Shown here piece after piece: positions 31,959-41,220 of a stretch of DNA of 64,000 bases. Both the position numbers and the translations under genes were made by a program. The notes beneath the pieces were generated by a model. That model saw only the letters and a list, made by a program, of their open reading frames with translations. It was not told where the DNA came from and did not search any database. The DNA is from Clostridia bacterium (GTDB lineage Bacteria > Bacillota > Clostridia > Christensenellales > Borkfalkiaceae): NCBI GenBank assembly GCA_017465145.1, contig JAFTWU010000005.1, positions 83,394-147,393 of the forward strand. The letters run 5' to 3'. Position 1 is the stretch's first letter. The number at the start of each line of letters is the position of its first letter.

Positions 31959-32048
31959 GAAATAGACGATAGTAAATAAGGAAATTTTACCATTATTATC
32001 TAGATACTAGCCGTTAATACCCACTAAAACACATAAGGAATTTCTAAA

Positions 32049-32753
32049 ATGGACAAAAAGATTATTGCAATAGGCGGTGGCGAAATTAAAAATAAAACCA
32101 CCCTAGAAATTGATAGATACGTGGCGGAACTAGCCAAAGCGCACGCGGGCGAAAAGCGTGCAAACGCCTTGTTTATCGGCACGGCGTCCCACGATAGTAT
32201 GCCTTATTTTAACAGTTTTAGAAAGACTTATACGTCAGTTTTTGATATAAAAGCAGAAGTTGCGCTTATCGTTTACGGCGAAATGGATATAGAAAGAATT
32301 GCGGGCAAAATTGACAATGCCGACTGTATTTATATCGGCGGTGGCGATACCGTATATATGCTTGAAAAATGGCGTGAAGTTGGTTTAGATAAACTTATTA
32401 TTAATGCATATAATCAAGGCAAAATAATTTGCGGACTTTCCGCGGGCGCAATATGCTGGTTTACCGATATGTATACCGATTACGAAATTATGCGCGGACA
32501 AAGTGCCGACTACGTTCTTAAAAAGGGTTTAGGCGTGCTAGAAGGTACAATGTGCCCCCACTTTAACGAAAGGGAATCTGACTTTTTTAAGGCTATGCAA
32601 GATAACGGCATAAAAAGTGCGTATTGCATAGAAAACGACGCGGCAATAGAATTTACCAACGGCAATCCCACCAAAACGCTATCTAGCGGGGGAAAAGTTT
32701 ACACGGCAACCCTTTTAGATACGGGCGTTAAAAAAGAAGAATTTATTTTATAA
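32049..32753 (+). CDS. Peptidase S51 (dipeptidase E-like) family protein
   Basis: 234 aa. IYIGGGDT and nucleophile elbow GLSAGA. Confidence 0.75.
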   Translation: MDKKIIAIGGGEIKNKTTLEIDRYVAELAKAHAGEKRANALFIGTASHDSMPYFNSFRKTYTSVFDIKAEVALIVYGEMDIERIAGKIDNADCIYIGGGDTVYMLEKWREVGLDKLIINAYNQGKIICGLSAGAICWFTDMYTDYEIMRGQSADYVLKKGLGVLEGTMCPHFNERESDFFKAMQDNGIKSAYCIENDAAIEFTNGNPTKTLSSGGKVYTATLLDTGVKKEEFIL

Positions 32754-32766
32754 AAAATTGTGAATT

Positions 32767-33372
32767 ATGGCAGAAAATTATAATTTAGAAATGGAAAGGG
32801 TAATACGCGCTCTCCCCAAAGGGCAAAAACCCACCTTACTTTTACACAGTTGTTGCGCGCCCTGTTCTTCAGCGTGTATAGAAAGGCTTAAGGATATTTT
32901 TGATATTACCGTTTACTATTATAATCCCAACTTAGATAGCGAAAAAGAGTATCTACTTCGCTCTACCGAACAAGTGCGCCTTGCAAAAGAACTAGGCGTT
33001 AAGGTTATTATAGAAGACTATAACCAAGAAGAATTTTTAACGGCGGTAAAAGGGCACGAAAACTCTAAAGAAGGTGGAAGCCGTTGCGGAATTTGTTTTG
33101 CTTTGCGCCTTGATAAAACGGCAAAAAAGGCAAAGGAAGACGGCTACGATTTTTTTACCACAACCCTTACCATAAGCCCCTTAAAAAATGGGGATAGACT
33201 AAACGGAATAGGTTATTTGGCGGGTGAAAAACACGGCGCAAAATGGCTTGCTAGCGACTTTAAGAAAAAGGGCGGATACTTGCGCTCTATAGAGTTGTCT
33301 AAACAATACGACCTATACCGCCAAAACTATTGCGGCTGCATTTTTTCTAAAAACGCTCTTCCAAAAGATTAA
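32767..33372 (+). CDS. queH: Epoxyqueuosine reductase QueH (DUF208)
   Basis: 201 aa. LLLHSCCAPCSS, YYYNPN, and C-terminal CGC motifs. Confidence 0.85.
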   Translation: MAENYNLEMERVIRALPKGQKPTLLLHSCCAPCSSACIERLKDIFDITVYYYNPNLDSEKEYLLRSTEQVRLAKELGVKVIIEDYNQEEFLTAVKGHENSKEGGSRCGICFALRLDKTAKKAKEDGYDFFTTTLTISPLKNGDRLNGIGYLAGEKHGAKWLASDFKKKGGYLRSIELSKQYDLYRQNYCGCIFSKNALPKD

Positions 33373-33422
33373 AGTCGTTTACGCGCAAGGCGTATCTATT
33401 TAAAGGTATAAATTGATAAAAC

Positions 33423-33452
33423 AAAAAACCACCTACAACTAGGTGGTTTTTA
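33423..33452. terminator. Bidirectional terminator between queH and nagA
   Basis: aaaaaccaccta/taggtggttttt with A-run and T-run flanks. Confidence 0.8.
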
Positions 33453-33477
33453 TTATTGTTTTAAATACAAATATTTA

Positions 33478-34629
33478 TTATTTACTATAAACAACGTTAC
33501 CTTCTCTAACGGTAAGCATAACGTTGAATTCGCTATCTAAAACGGTAAAGTTAGCGTCTTTACCAACGGCAATAGAACCCATTTTATCTGCAAGGTTAAG
33601 ATTTTTAGCGGGGTTAATAGTTGCCGCGTCAATAGCGTAGGTGAAAGGTGCACCGCAAGATAAAACAAGGTTTTTAACCGCAACGTTCATCTTTAAGATA
33701 CTGCCTGCAAGCGCGCCGTTACGAAGCCTTGCTTCACCGTCTTTAACGATAACTTCTTGACCGCCAAGTTCACTTAAACCGTCGGGCAAATGTTTTGCGC
33801 GCATACTGTCGGTGATAAGGGTAAACTTATCAGCGGGTTTGTTTTTCATAATAATCTTAATTGCGGGTGCAGATAAGTGAACTAAATCGCAAATTGCTTC
33901 ACAGTTAAGTTCATCGAATAAAAGTGCGCTACCAACCGTGCCAACGTCTCTGTGGTGTAAACCCTTTTGAGCGTTATAGGTGTGGGTAACGTTTGATAAA
34001 CCGCTACCTACCGCCTTTTCCATATCCTTGTAACCAGCGTCGGTATGACCGCTACTTGCAACTACGCCCTTAGAAACCATATGTTTAATAAGTTCGTCGC
34101 TACCTTCAACTTCAGGTGCTAAACTTACAATTTTAATAGCGTTACCGCTAGCGTTATTGTATTTATCAAAAACTTCAATATCAGGGGTTGCAACGTATTC
34201 TAAAGGTTGCGCGCCTATGTGTTTAGTAGAGATAAACGGACCTTCAAGGTGAATGCCTAAAACTTTTGCGCCGTCTTTTTTATCGGCTGACATATATTCT
34301 TTAACCGCGCCCATGGCCTTTAATATATTTTCGGGGCTTTGCGTCATCGTGGTTGCCAAAAAGCCGGTAGTACCTTCACTTGCAACGGCGTTAGCAATTT
34401 TAGATAAATCTTCCACCGTGCCGTCCATAGCGTCGCTACCAGCCGCGCCGTGAATATGTTGGTCGATAAAACCGGGAACTACGACTTGACCTTCGCTATA
34501 ATTGAAAGGTGAAGTAATAACGCTTGCATCTTCGCCAATATATGCGATTTTGCCATTTTCAACGCCGATACTAACGGTTACAATGCCTTTATTTTCAACG
34601 TATGCTCTAACATTTTTAAATCCTAACAT
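33478..34629 (-). CDS. nagA: N-acetylglucosamine-6-phosphate deacetylase
   Basis: ATG 34629 follows aggtgg (the GTG at 34638 lies inside the SD). GFIDQHIHG metal motif, amidohydrolase fold blocks. Confidence 0.9.
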   Translation of the reverse strand: MLGFKNVRAYVENKGIVTVSIGVENGKIAYIGEDASVITSPFNYSEGQVVVPGFIDQHIHGAAGSDAMDGTVEDLSKIANAVASEGTTGFLATTMTQSPENILKAMGAVKEYMSADKKDGAKVLGIHLEGPFISTKHIGAQPLEYVATPDIEVFDKYNNASGNAIKIVSLAPEVEGSDELIKHMVSKGVVASSGHTDAGYKDMEKAVGSGLSNVTHTYNAQKGLHHRDVGTVGSALLFDELNCEAICDLVHLSAPAIKIIMKNKPADKFTLITDSMRAKHLPDGLSELGGQEVIVKDGEARLRNGALAGSILKMNVAVKNLVLSCGAPFTYAIDAATINPAKNLNLADKMGSIAVGKDANFTVLDSEFNVMLTVREGNVVYSK

Positions 34630-34758
34630 AATGTCCACCTGTGCTTAAATTTTAACATAAAAAGTTTAGCACTAAACGTGGTGAAAGTCAACGCTAAAAA
34701 CAAATAAAAAAGGCAAATTTTACTTAAACGCTTTGGCGCGCGTTTTTAATTAGTAAAT

Positions 34759-35136
34759 TTACAAAACGTTTTCCCAACTTATAATAAAAGTCTTTGGAAT
34801 TTGTTCGGTAAGTTCTTTAAGAACTTCTATTTTAGAAATGGCGTCTTCCCACTCTTTATCGCGCACAAGCGTTACAGACTCAGCAAGCCATAAATCAATT
34901 TCTTTAATTTCGGTGTGGGGGATAAAAGCGTGCAAATGTTTTTTCTTATTTAGCCAAAAATCTTGCACGGCGTAAACGTCAGATTCAACGGCAACTTCGT
35001 CGTCAACCTTTTCATAAAGAACGCAAAGCACTTGGTTAAAGTCGTCAAACTGTTTTCTTATATAGTTAGTTTCGGCAATAGCGCCCCCTATCAAAAGGGC
35101 TAAAACACACGCCGTTGAAATTATAGTCTTTACCAT
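34759..35136 (-). CDS. DUF4363-like small membrane-anchored protein
   Basis: 125 aa. N-terminal TM segment. Overlaps the upstream DUF421 gene by 7 nt, the usual pairing as I recall it. Confidence 0.6.
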   Translation of the reverse strand: MVKTIISTACVLALLIGGAIAETNYIRKQFDDFNQVLCVLYEKVDDEVAVESDVYAVQDFWLNKKKHLHAFIPHTEIKEIDLWLAESVTLVRDKEWEDAISKIEVLKELTEQIPKTFIISWENVL

Positions 35137-35882
35137 CTTAAACCCCCTTCTATCGTGGCGTTAAGTATGCGATACGGCTGTTTTTTAATCTTAAAATACA
35201 CCCTGCCGTTGCCGTCCATAGTCATAACTTCGGTATTTTTAATAGTTCCACCGTTAGACTTTACGTAATCGTTTAATTTGTCTTCATCAAAGCCTATTCG
35301 TTCAAGGTTAGTTTTTTGCGTTTTGCCGTCGCTAATAATCAAAAGGGGCATAGAAGAAGGGGTGTCTTTTTGGCGGTTGCTTTCCATAGGGGATAGTTTT
35401 CCGTTAGATTCAAATATGGCGTAATCTAAATCGTCAAGGGAAAAATACCCTAAGGCGCGCATAGATTCAATTAAATCTTCCACCCCCATATTGTTCTTTT
35501 TAAGTTCGACAAGGTCAATCCCGTCTTTATTGATAACAATGCTTGGCTTTCCAGAAATAATATTTTTGGGAATTCCCCCCGTTTGCTCTATCAACGATAA
35601 AAGTTGGTGCAAAAAGAACAAGGTTAAAATGGCAACTATGCCGTAAATTAACGGAATAGACACGTCTGCCATAGGAATACAAGCAAGGTCGGCAATAATA
35701 AGGGTTACTATAAACTCAAACGGTTGCATTTCACCGATTTGGCGCTTACCCATAAGGCGCATTACTACCATAAGCGTTAAAAAAATTATAAACGTTCTTA
35801 AAATTATAACTATCATATAAAAGTTATTGCCAAAACCTTTTAATTTTATCCGTATCCCTTGACCTTTATTGCCGTTTAACAT
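35130..35882 (-). CDS. DUF421 (YetF-like) membrane protein
   Basis: MRLMGKRQIGEMQPFEFIVTLIIADL signature. The true start may be the internal ATG at 35816 (MIVIILRTF...). Confidence 0.75.
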   Translation of the reverse strand: MLNGNKGQGIRIKLKGFGNNFYMIVIILRTFIIFLTLMVVMRLMGKRQIGEMQPFEFIVTLIIADLACIPMADVSIPLIYGIVAILTLFFLHQLLSLIEQTGGIPKNIISGKPSIVINKDGIDLVELKKNNMGVEDLIESMRALGYFSLDDLDYAIFESNGKLSPMESNRQKDTPSSMPLLIISDGKTQKTNLERIGFDEDKLNDYVKSNGGTIKNTEVMTMDGNGRVYFKIKKQPYRILNATIEGGLRW

Positions 35883-35945
35883 TAATTTTTTGCATATATA
35901 CTCTATTGCTTGACGGAAAGCGTGTTGCTATGGTAAAATAAAAAT

Positions 35946-36077
35946 ATAGAGTAGTAAAGGCGCGTAAAGTGTTGCAAAATGGGATGTCGTTTGCAAACGA
36001 AAGGTAAAGGTTAATGCGCAAAAGGGCGATAAAGCCCAGGCTAACCTTAATCTGCGGTGCTTTTACGCGTCCGCTAT
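35946..36077 (+). promoter_or_regulatory. THF (tetrahydrofolate, folT-motif) riboswitch with an expanded internal stem
   Basis: Block-by-block match to my recollection of the THF-I aptamer: AUAGAGUAG...CGCGUAAAGUG...AAUGGGAUGUCG...ACGAA...[~50-nt extra hairpin]...GCGGUG...CGUCCGCUAU. P1 pairs AUAGAG with CGCUAU. A hairpin tctctaaat/atttaggaga that sequesters the SD follows at ~36158-36180. Sits upstream of a folT-like gene. Confidence 0.8.
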
Positions 36078-36188
36078 TATTATCTTAAACCTTTTGCACG
36101 GCGCAATCGTACTTACGGCGAAAATGCCCCTTGCTAACGGTTTGGCAATTTTATCGGTCTCTCTAAATTTCATTTAGGAGATTTTTTT

Positions 36189-36857
36189 ATGCTTAATTTA
36201 CTTGTTGCCGCCTTTGATTTTGCCGGCATTTTCAAAACGGTGGTTACCAAATGGTACTATTACGTTATTGCGCTAGTGTTACTTGGCGGTGTAATTTGTT
36301 GTTTAGTTTTTTGCCGTCCTAAAAAGCGCAACAACCTTTCTAAAACGGAAAAACTTTGCTATATTGCCGTTCTATCCGCCCTTCACGCCGTCGTTAATAT
36401 TTTCGATATTAACATAGGGGATACTATCCAACTATCTTTCGTGGCGGCGGTCGGTTTTATCGCGGGTTACCTGCTTGGCGGTGGCTATGCCTTTTTAATT
36501 TGTTTCATAGGCGACTTGATAGGCGCAATTATCGCACCCCACGGGGCGTATAACCCTATAATCGCGTTTGGCACTTGTCTTTGGGGCTTTATTCCGGGCG
36601 TGTTATACAGTCATTTTAATGGCAATAAATACGTTAAGTTAATTATATCCTTTTTGATTTGTTCGGTTGTCGTTAGTGCGGGTTGTAACACCCTTGGCGT
36701 ATGGCTTATGTACGGGCTTGGAAAACACACCTTCCTTTTCTATCTTGCCGATATGCCCGTAAAACTTCTTTCAGTTTTAGTAAACGCTATAATTTGCGTT
36801 CCGCTCATTAAAATCTTGCCCAAAATCTTGCCAAAAAACAAATTTACGCTAGATTAA
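36189..36857 (+). CDS. folT: ECF-transporter S component, folate family (FolT-like)
   Basis: 222 aa, multi-TM. Preceded by the THF riboswitch. Has an extra N-terminal TM helix. Confidence 0.65.
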   Translation: MLNLLVAAFDFAGIFKTVVTKWYYYVIALVLLGGVICCLVFCRPKKRNNLSKTEKLCYIAVLSALHAVVNIFDINIGDTIQLSFVAAVGFIAGYLLGGGYAFLICFIGDLIGAIIAPHGAYNPIIAFGTCLWGFIPGVLYSHFNGNKYVKLIISFLICSVVVSAGCNTLGVWLMYGLGKHTFLFYLADMPVKLLSVLVNAIICVPLIKILPKILPKNKFTLD

Positions 36858-36895
36858 CGGTTTTATTAACTATTACAAAGGTTTAAATTGCATTT

Positions 36896-36929
36896 AAAAG
36901 GTTTGCTACGCGCAGACCTTTTTATTTTT
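36896..36929 (+). terminator. Rho-independent terminator
   Basis: aaaaggtttgc/gcagacctttt followed by a T-run. Confidence 0.7.
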
Positions 36930-37064
36930 ACACCCTTTTATTTTGTTGACACAAAAAAGTAAATAATGATATTATTAATAAGATTTAAAAATATACTTAA
37001 ACGAAATGTTTTACTAGCGAATGTATTATCGCTTTTTACTCACACTTAGATAAGGGAGAATTTT

Positions 37065-38630
37065 ATGAAGAAGAAAATTATATCCGCAATAATGCTTATG
37101 GTCATGGCACTATTTTGCGGTGTTATGGCCGCTTGCGGTTCAAAAGAACCGGAAGGTCCTGTTGACGACGGCAAAATCACTATAACCTTTATAGCGTCTG
37201 GCAACGTGCACGGCTCTTACGAAGGTTACCCCGTAAGCAGAATAACCATGCCCACAACCCCCAGCAAAACGGGTTACACTTTCGACGCGTGGTATACTGA
37301 AGAAAACGGCGGTGGTAAAAAGGTTACTGCGGTTTATCTTTACAACAATACGGTAACCGATGATTTTAACGTTTACGCAAACTTTGTGCCTACAAGTTAT
37401 TCTGTTTCTTATTTTGTAGACAGCGCGTTCGGTGTTGCAGGCGATAGCGCTCAAAACCCCACGACCTATAACGTAGAAACGGATTTCGCGTTAAAGAGCC
37501 CCACTCTTATAGACAATAACGCAAGATTTATCGGTTGGTATTCAGGCTCTACTAAAATCACTAACCTTAAGGGCAGAACAGGGGACTTGCAACTAATCGC
37601 AAGGTTTGCAACCGATGCTGAACAATGGTCTTACGATTCAAATGATAGTAACTACGTATTCTTCGGCTCTTATCCCCAAAGCGAAGTTAAAGATACAACC
37701 ATTTTAGACAGTCTTAACGGTATTATTGGTACGGCACGCCCCAACAACTCTAACTTCAATGGTTGGACGGCACAAGAAAACTACGCTAACGCGGAAAAAA
37801 CTAACATCATATTCCATAAAGACGTTATGTTTGAAGGCAACGAATACCGTGCGATTTACTTTAAAAAATATCGTCCTATGACGGCGGCATTACCTTCTAG
37901 CGACGTTTCTACAAGCAGTAGTTATCAAGATGATAACGGCTACTTAATCAACACGGTTTACTGGTTTAAATTTGAACCTATCCGTTGGCAAATTCTAGGC
38001 GAAGTTGATAACAAACTTACGTTATTTAGCGACGTTATACTTGACGCAAGAGAAAACACCCTTGGCTCTTGGCCAAGTGATAGAAGGCCCACCAACGCGT
38101 CGGACAGATTCTATCAAAATATCGACTCTGGCAACTGGGGTTGGCATTATTCAACGAGTAGATTGTGGTATGCAGATACCTTCCTTTACGAAGCGTTCAA
38201 CGTCTGCCAAAACGTTTATTATATGTTAAGCGTATCCGTTGTTGACGACGATGAAGCAAACGTTATTCCCAAACACTATGCTATCGCAGATATCGCAAGG
38301 GGGTGTAAAGTTTACCACCTAAGCCGTGAAGAACTTGACGGTAGCATTACTATGCGTAGCAGCCTTGCAACTTCTCATAAAACTAAGTTTACTGCAGAAA
38401 TGCGCAAAAAGGGTTACACCGATTACGCTAAGGCGATGGGTTTACACGTGGAAAAGGATAGTCTCACTGCATCTTATTGGACGCGTTCTCACGGTGAAGG
38501 CACCAACAGTAACCAACGCGTAGATGCTAACGGCGAATTCGTTTACGAAGCACAAAATACTTGGAATACTTCTATCGGTATTGCGCCAGCAATAGTTCTT
38601 TATAAATGCCCCAGCTTACCAAGGGGTTAA
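37065..38630 (+). CDS. Lipoprotein: Listeria-Bacteroides repeats + C-terminal YPQ/WF..EPI.W/YW.RS domain (DUF6273-like, recollection)
   Basis: 521 aa. Lipobox VMAACG. GYTFDAWYTEENGGG, FFGSYPQSEVKD, VYWFKFEPIRWQIL, SYWTRS. Confidence 0.75.
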   Translation: MKKKIISAIMLMVMALFCGVMAACGSKEPEGPVDDGKITITFIASGNVHGSYEGYPVSRITMPTTPSKTGYTFDAWYTEENGGGKKVTAVYLYNNTVTDDFNVYANFVPTSYSVSYFVDSAFGVAGDSAQNPTTYNVETDFALKSPTLIDNNARFIGWYSGSTKITNLKGRTGDLQLIARFATDAEQWSYDSNDSNYVFFGSYPQSEVKDTTILDSLNGIIGTARPNNSNFNGWTAQENYANAEKTNIIFHKDVMFEGNEYRAIYFKKYRPMTAALPSSDVSTSSSYQDDNGYLINTVYWFKFEPIRWQILGEVDNKLTLFSDVILDARENTLGSWPSDRRPTNASDRFYQNIDSGNWGWHYSTSRLWYADTFLYEAFNVCQNVYYMLSVSVVDDDEANVIPKHYAIADIARGCKVYHLSREELDGSITMRSSLATSHKTKFTAEMRKKGYTDYAKAMGLHVEKDSLTASYWTRSHGEGTNSNQRVDANGEFVYEAQNTWNTSIGIAPAIVLYKCPSLPRG

Positions 38631-38672
38631 AAGATACCTGTACTAACCTAAACGGCAACTAAAATTAAATCT

Positions 38673-38705
38673 AAGCGGACGGATTACCGTCCGCTTTGTG
38701 TTTTC
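38673..38705 (+). terminator. Rho-independent terminator
   Basis: aagcggacgg/ccgtccgctt followed by tgtgtttt. Confidence 0.75.
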
Positions 38706-38785
38706 AATTTAGATTGTAGAGCTGGCGATAGCAGAGTTATAGTTATCTTTATAACTATAGTATGTCTTTTATCTTTGCGCGCGCC

Positions 38786-38814
38786 TTGACGTAATGCTGT
38801 CCGTGTGTTATAAT
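38786..38814 (+). promoter_or_regulatory. Promoter TTGACG-17-TATAAT
   Basis: ttgacg 38786-38791, tataat 38809-38814. Confidence 0.55.
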
Positions 38815-38850
38815 TTTTAAGTAATATAATTAAAAAAAGGGAGATAAACG

Positions 38851-40380
38851 GTGAATAAACGGCTAAAAAAGATTATAACGGCAATTTGCCTTTCAATATG
38901 CACCTTGTTTTGCGGTTTAATTTTTGCTTGCAAGCCCGCTGAAACGGGCGACGATGACATCATCACCGTTAACTTTATGGTGGACGGCACCGTTTACCAT
39001 ACCGATAGCGGTTACGTGCGACGTTTAACCTTTCCAAAAGAGCCCGAACTTTACGGCTACTCCTTCGACGGTTGGTATGCGGACGACGGCGTTTGGGCTA
39101 AAAAGTTTACCCCTACGTCCCTATTTTCTTATCAATATTCGGGTACGGTAAGCGTCTACGCTAAGTTCAACTTAGAAACCTATAACGTTACGTATATGGT
39201 AGATACGACCTTTGCTAACCCACTTAACGACGGGGTAAATCCCGCTACTTATACCACCGAACAATCTTTTAATTTAGTTGCTCCCGAAGTAACCGATTCT
39301 AACGCTACCTTTATAGGTTGGTTTGACCAAAACGGCACTTTCGTCGATAATTTGCAAGGACTATCGGGTGATAAAGTTTTAACCGCACACTTTACCACTA
39401 GCGCCCTTCAATATGAAAGGGTTGCGGGGGAATCTGTTATTAAAATGGGTACTTACCCACAAAGTCAAGTAAAAGACGCTAGCCTTTTATCAAGCCTTAA
39501 CTCTATTCTAGGTACGGTGCGCCCAAATACGTCTAATCTTTACGGCTGGACGGCGGAAGACTGTTACGATAACGGTGTTCGTGCCAAAGTGCTTTATTAC
39601 AAAGACGTTACTATGTCGGGCGAAAAATACCGCGCCGTTTACTATACTAAATATCGTTCGGCAGACGTTAAACAACCTTCTAGTGTGGATACTAGTCCGC
39701 AAGATAATAACGGCTTTCCTATATGCTCTAACAATAGCGTTTATTGGTTTAAGTTTGAGCCTATTAGTTGGCGTATTGCTAAGGAAACGGACGGTACGGC
39801 TCTTCTTATTGCCGATAAAATTTTGGCGGCTAGAGAGCTTAATACGGGCTCTTGGTCAAGTTTTTACTACCCCGCACCCGTAGGTAATCCGCAAAATATA
39901 GACGGCTCTTATTGGGGTTGGTTTTATGCAACGCTACGCTTTTGGCTTAACGAAGATTTCTTTTTTGATGCTTTCAACGTTGTTCAACGCGAAAATTATC
40001 TATTCAACACGGTGATTCATAACGACGACCAAAGTTCACAATTACCCATGATAAGTTCGCAGTCAAGAAGAAAAGTTTATAACAAAGTGTTCCTTTTAAG
40101 CCGTGAAGAAATAGGTGATACTATTACGGATAGAAGTGTTAATACCACCACGGAAAATGTGTTTACAAAAGAAACAAGAAAGCGTGGCTATACCGATTAC
40201 GCCCTTATGCAAGGGTTGCTTATTGAAGATAATAGCGGGTTTGCGCGCTATTGGTTGCGCTCACCGGGTAACGCAAACGGTCAAACAGTTCAATACGTTA
40301 CTAAAACGGGCGAATTTTTAGAAGAAGTTGGCACTTGCACTACCTTTGGCGTCGTTCCATCTATTTGGATAAAATTGTAA
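38851..40380 (+). CDS. Paralog of the 37065-38630 lipoprotein
   Basis: 509 aa. GTG start after gggag. Lipobox LIFACK. GYSFDGWYADDG, MGTYPQSQVKD, VYWFKFEPISWRIA, RYWLRS. Confidence 0.75.
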   Translation: MNKRLKKIITAICLSICTLFCGLIFACKPAETGDDDIITVNFMVDGTVYHTDSGYVRRLTFPKEPELYGYSFDGWYADDGVWAKKFTPTSLFSYQYSGTVSVYAKFNLETYNVTYMVDTTFANPLNDGVNPATYTTEQSFNLVAPEVTDSNATFIGWFDQNGTFVDNLQGLSGDKVLTAHFTTSALQYERVAGESVIKMGTYPQSQVKDASLLSSLNSILGTVRPNTSNLYGWTAEDCYDNGVRAKVLYYKDVTMSGEKYRAVYYTKYRSADVKQPSSVDTSPQDNNGFPICSNNSVYWFKFEPISWRIAKETDGTALLIADKILAARELNTGSWSSFYYPAPVGNPQNIDGSYWGWFYATLRFWLNEDFFFDAFNVVQRENYLFNTVIHNDDQSSQLPMISSQSRRKVYNKVFLLSREEIGDTITDRSVNTTTENVFTKETRKRGYTDYALMQGLLIEDNSGFARYWLRSPGNANGQTVQYVTKTGEFLEEVGTCTTFGVVPSIWIKL

Positions 40381-40412
40381 AAGTTTAATAGTTCTATGAA
40401 ATTTAACGAAAG

Positions 40413-40440
40413 AAACGGAGCGTATAGTTCCGTTTTTTTT
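40413..40440 (+). terminator. Rho-independent terminator
   Basis: aaacgga/tccgttt followed by T8. Confidence 0.7.
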
Positions 40441-40553
40441 GTCGTTGTCTTTTGTCGCGCGGGTTTATAGCGCAAGACAGGTCAAAATTGATAGCCAGTA
40501 AAATATTTTTTTCACACTTTTAAAATTTTTTTGTCAAAAAGGTAAAAATATAA

Positions 40554-40582
40554 TTGACAAGGCTAAATATTTTGGATATAAT
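40554..40582 (+). promoter_or_regulatory. Promoter TTGACA-17-TATAAT for the tRNA pair
   Basis: ttgaca 40554-40559, tataat 40577-40582. Confidence 0.6.
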
Positions 40583-40625
40583 ACTTAAGCGTTTAACGAA
40601 AGAAACCTTTCGTTTAGCAATATAT

Positions 40626-40702
40626 GGCGGCGTAGCTTAGTTGGTTATAGCGGCCGGTTCATACCCGGCAGGTCGTTGGTTCGAATCCGACCGCCGCTAC
40701 CA
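40626..40702 (+). tRNA. tRNA-Met (anticodon CAT), elongator-like
   Basis: 77 nt folded by hand. Acceptor ggcggcg/cgccgct, anticodon arm gccgg-ttCATac-ccggc, T-arm gttgg-ttcgaat-ccgac, encoded CCA. G1 and the absence of a GGG/CCC anticodon stem argue against an initiator. A lysidine-modified Ile2 tRNA is not excluded. Confidence 0.85.
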
Positions 40703-40751
40703 AATCTTAAAAAACGGCAGCCAAACGGTATGCACCAAATAAATATTAACC

Positions 40752-40826
40752 GGCCCCTTGGTCAAGCGGTTAAGACACCACCCTTTCACGGTGGTAACAT
40801 GGGTTCGATTCCCGTAGGGGTCACCA
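40752..40826 (+). tRNA. tRNA-Glu (anticodon TTC)
   Basis: 75 nt. Acceptor ggcccct/aggggtc, anticodon arm ccacc-ctTTCac-ggtgg, T-loop ggttcgattcc, encoded CCA. Confidence 0.9.
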
Positions 40827-40827
40827 G

Positions 40828-40859
40828 AAAAACAGACGGTATGTTTACCGTCTGTTTTT
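40828..40859 (+). terminator. Terminator after tRNA-Glu
   Basis: aaaaacagacggt/accgtctgttttt. Confidence 0.8.
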
Positions 40860-40967
40860 ATGTTATCTAAGTATCGGGAATCGAATATGGAGAAAATTTG
40901 CTTGCAAATTTGTCCGTAGGACTAAACAGTGGTCACCCACTGTTTATCGGGTAGGTCGCACAGGCGA

Positions 40968-40987
40968 GATTCCCGTAGGGGTCACCA
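40968..40987 (+). repeat. att-like copy of the tRNA-Glu 3' end (20/20)
   Basis: gattcccgtaggggtcacca is identical to 40807-40826. Own terminator at 40994-41025. Confidence 0.9.
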
Positions 40988-41132
40988 AAAAGAGAAACAC
41001 ACTCAAGCGAGTGTGTTTTCTTTTTGCAATCCTAACAGATTGCCGAACCCACATGGGTTCGCTCGCTAGTCGCGGACGACTAAACCCCTCGCAAACTATC
41101 GTTTGCCTTCCCTTTATCAAGGGGCAAGAAAA

Positions 41133-41148
41133 CCCGTAGGGATCACCA
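41133..41148 (+). repeat. att-like copy of the tRNA-Glu 3' end (15/16)
   Basis: cccgtagggatcacca. The 11-nt acatgggttcg of the same tRNA lies at 41051-41061. Confidence 0.8.
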
Positions 41149-41220
41149 ATGAAAACCGAAAACGAACACAGTTTAGTGTAAGTTTTAGGTTTTTTCTTTT
41201 GTAAATGTTTTAGTTTTAGC

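Noticed and set aside
40676-40870. 64-aa ORF spanning the tRNA-Met/tRNA-Glu region
   Set aside because: It overlaps two well-folding tRNA genes and a terminator, so it is a chance open frame.
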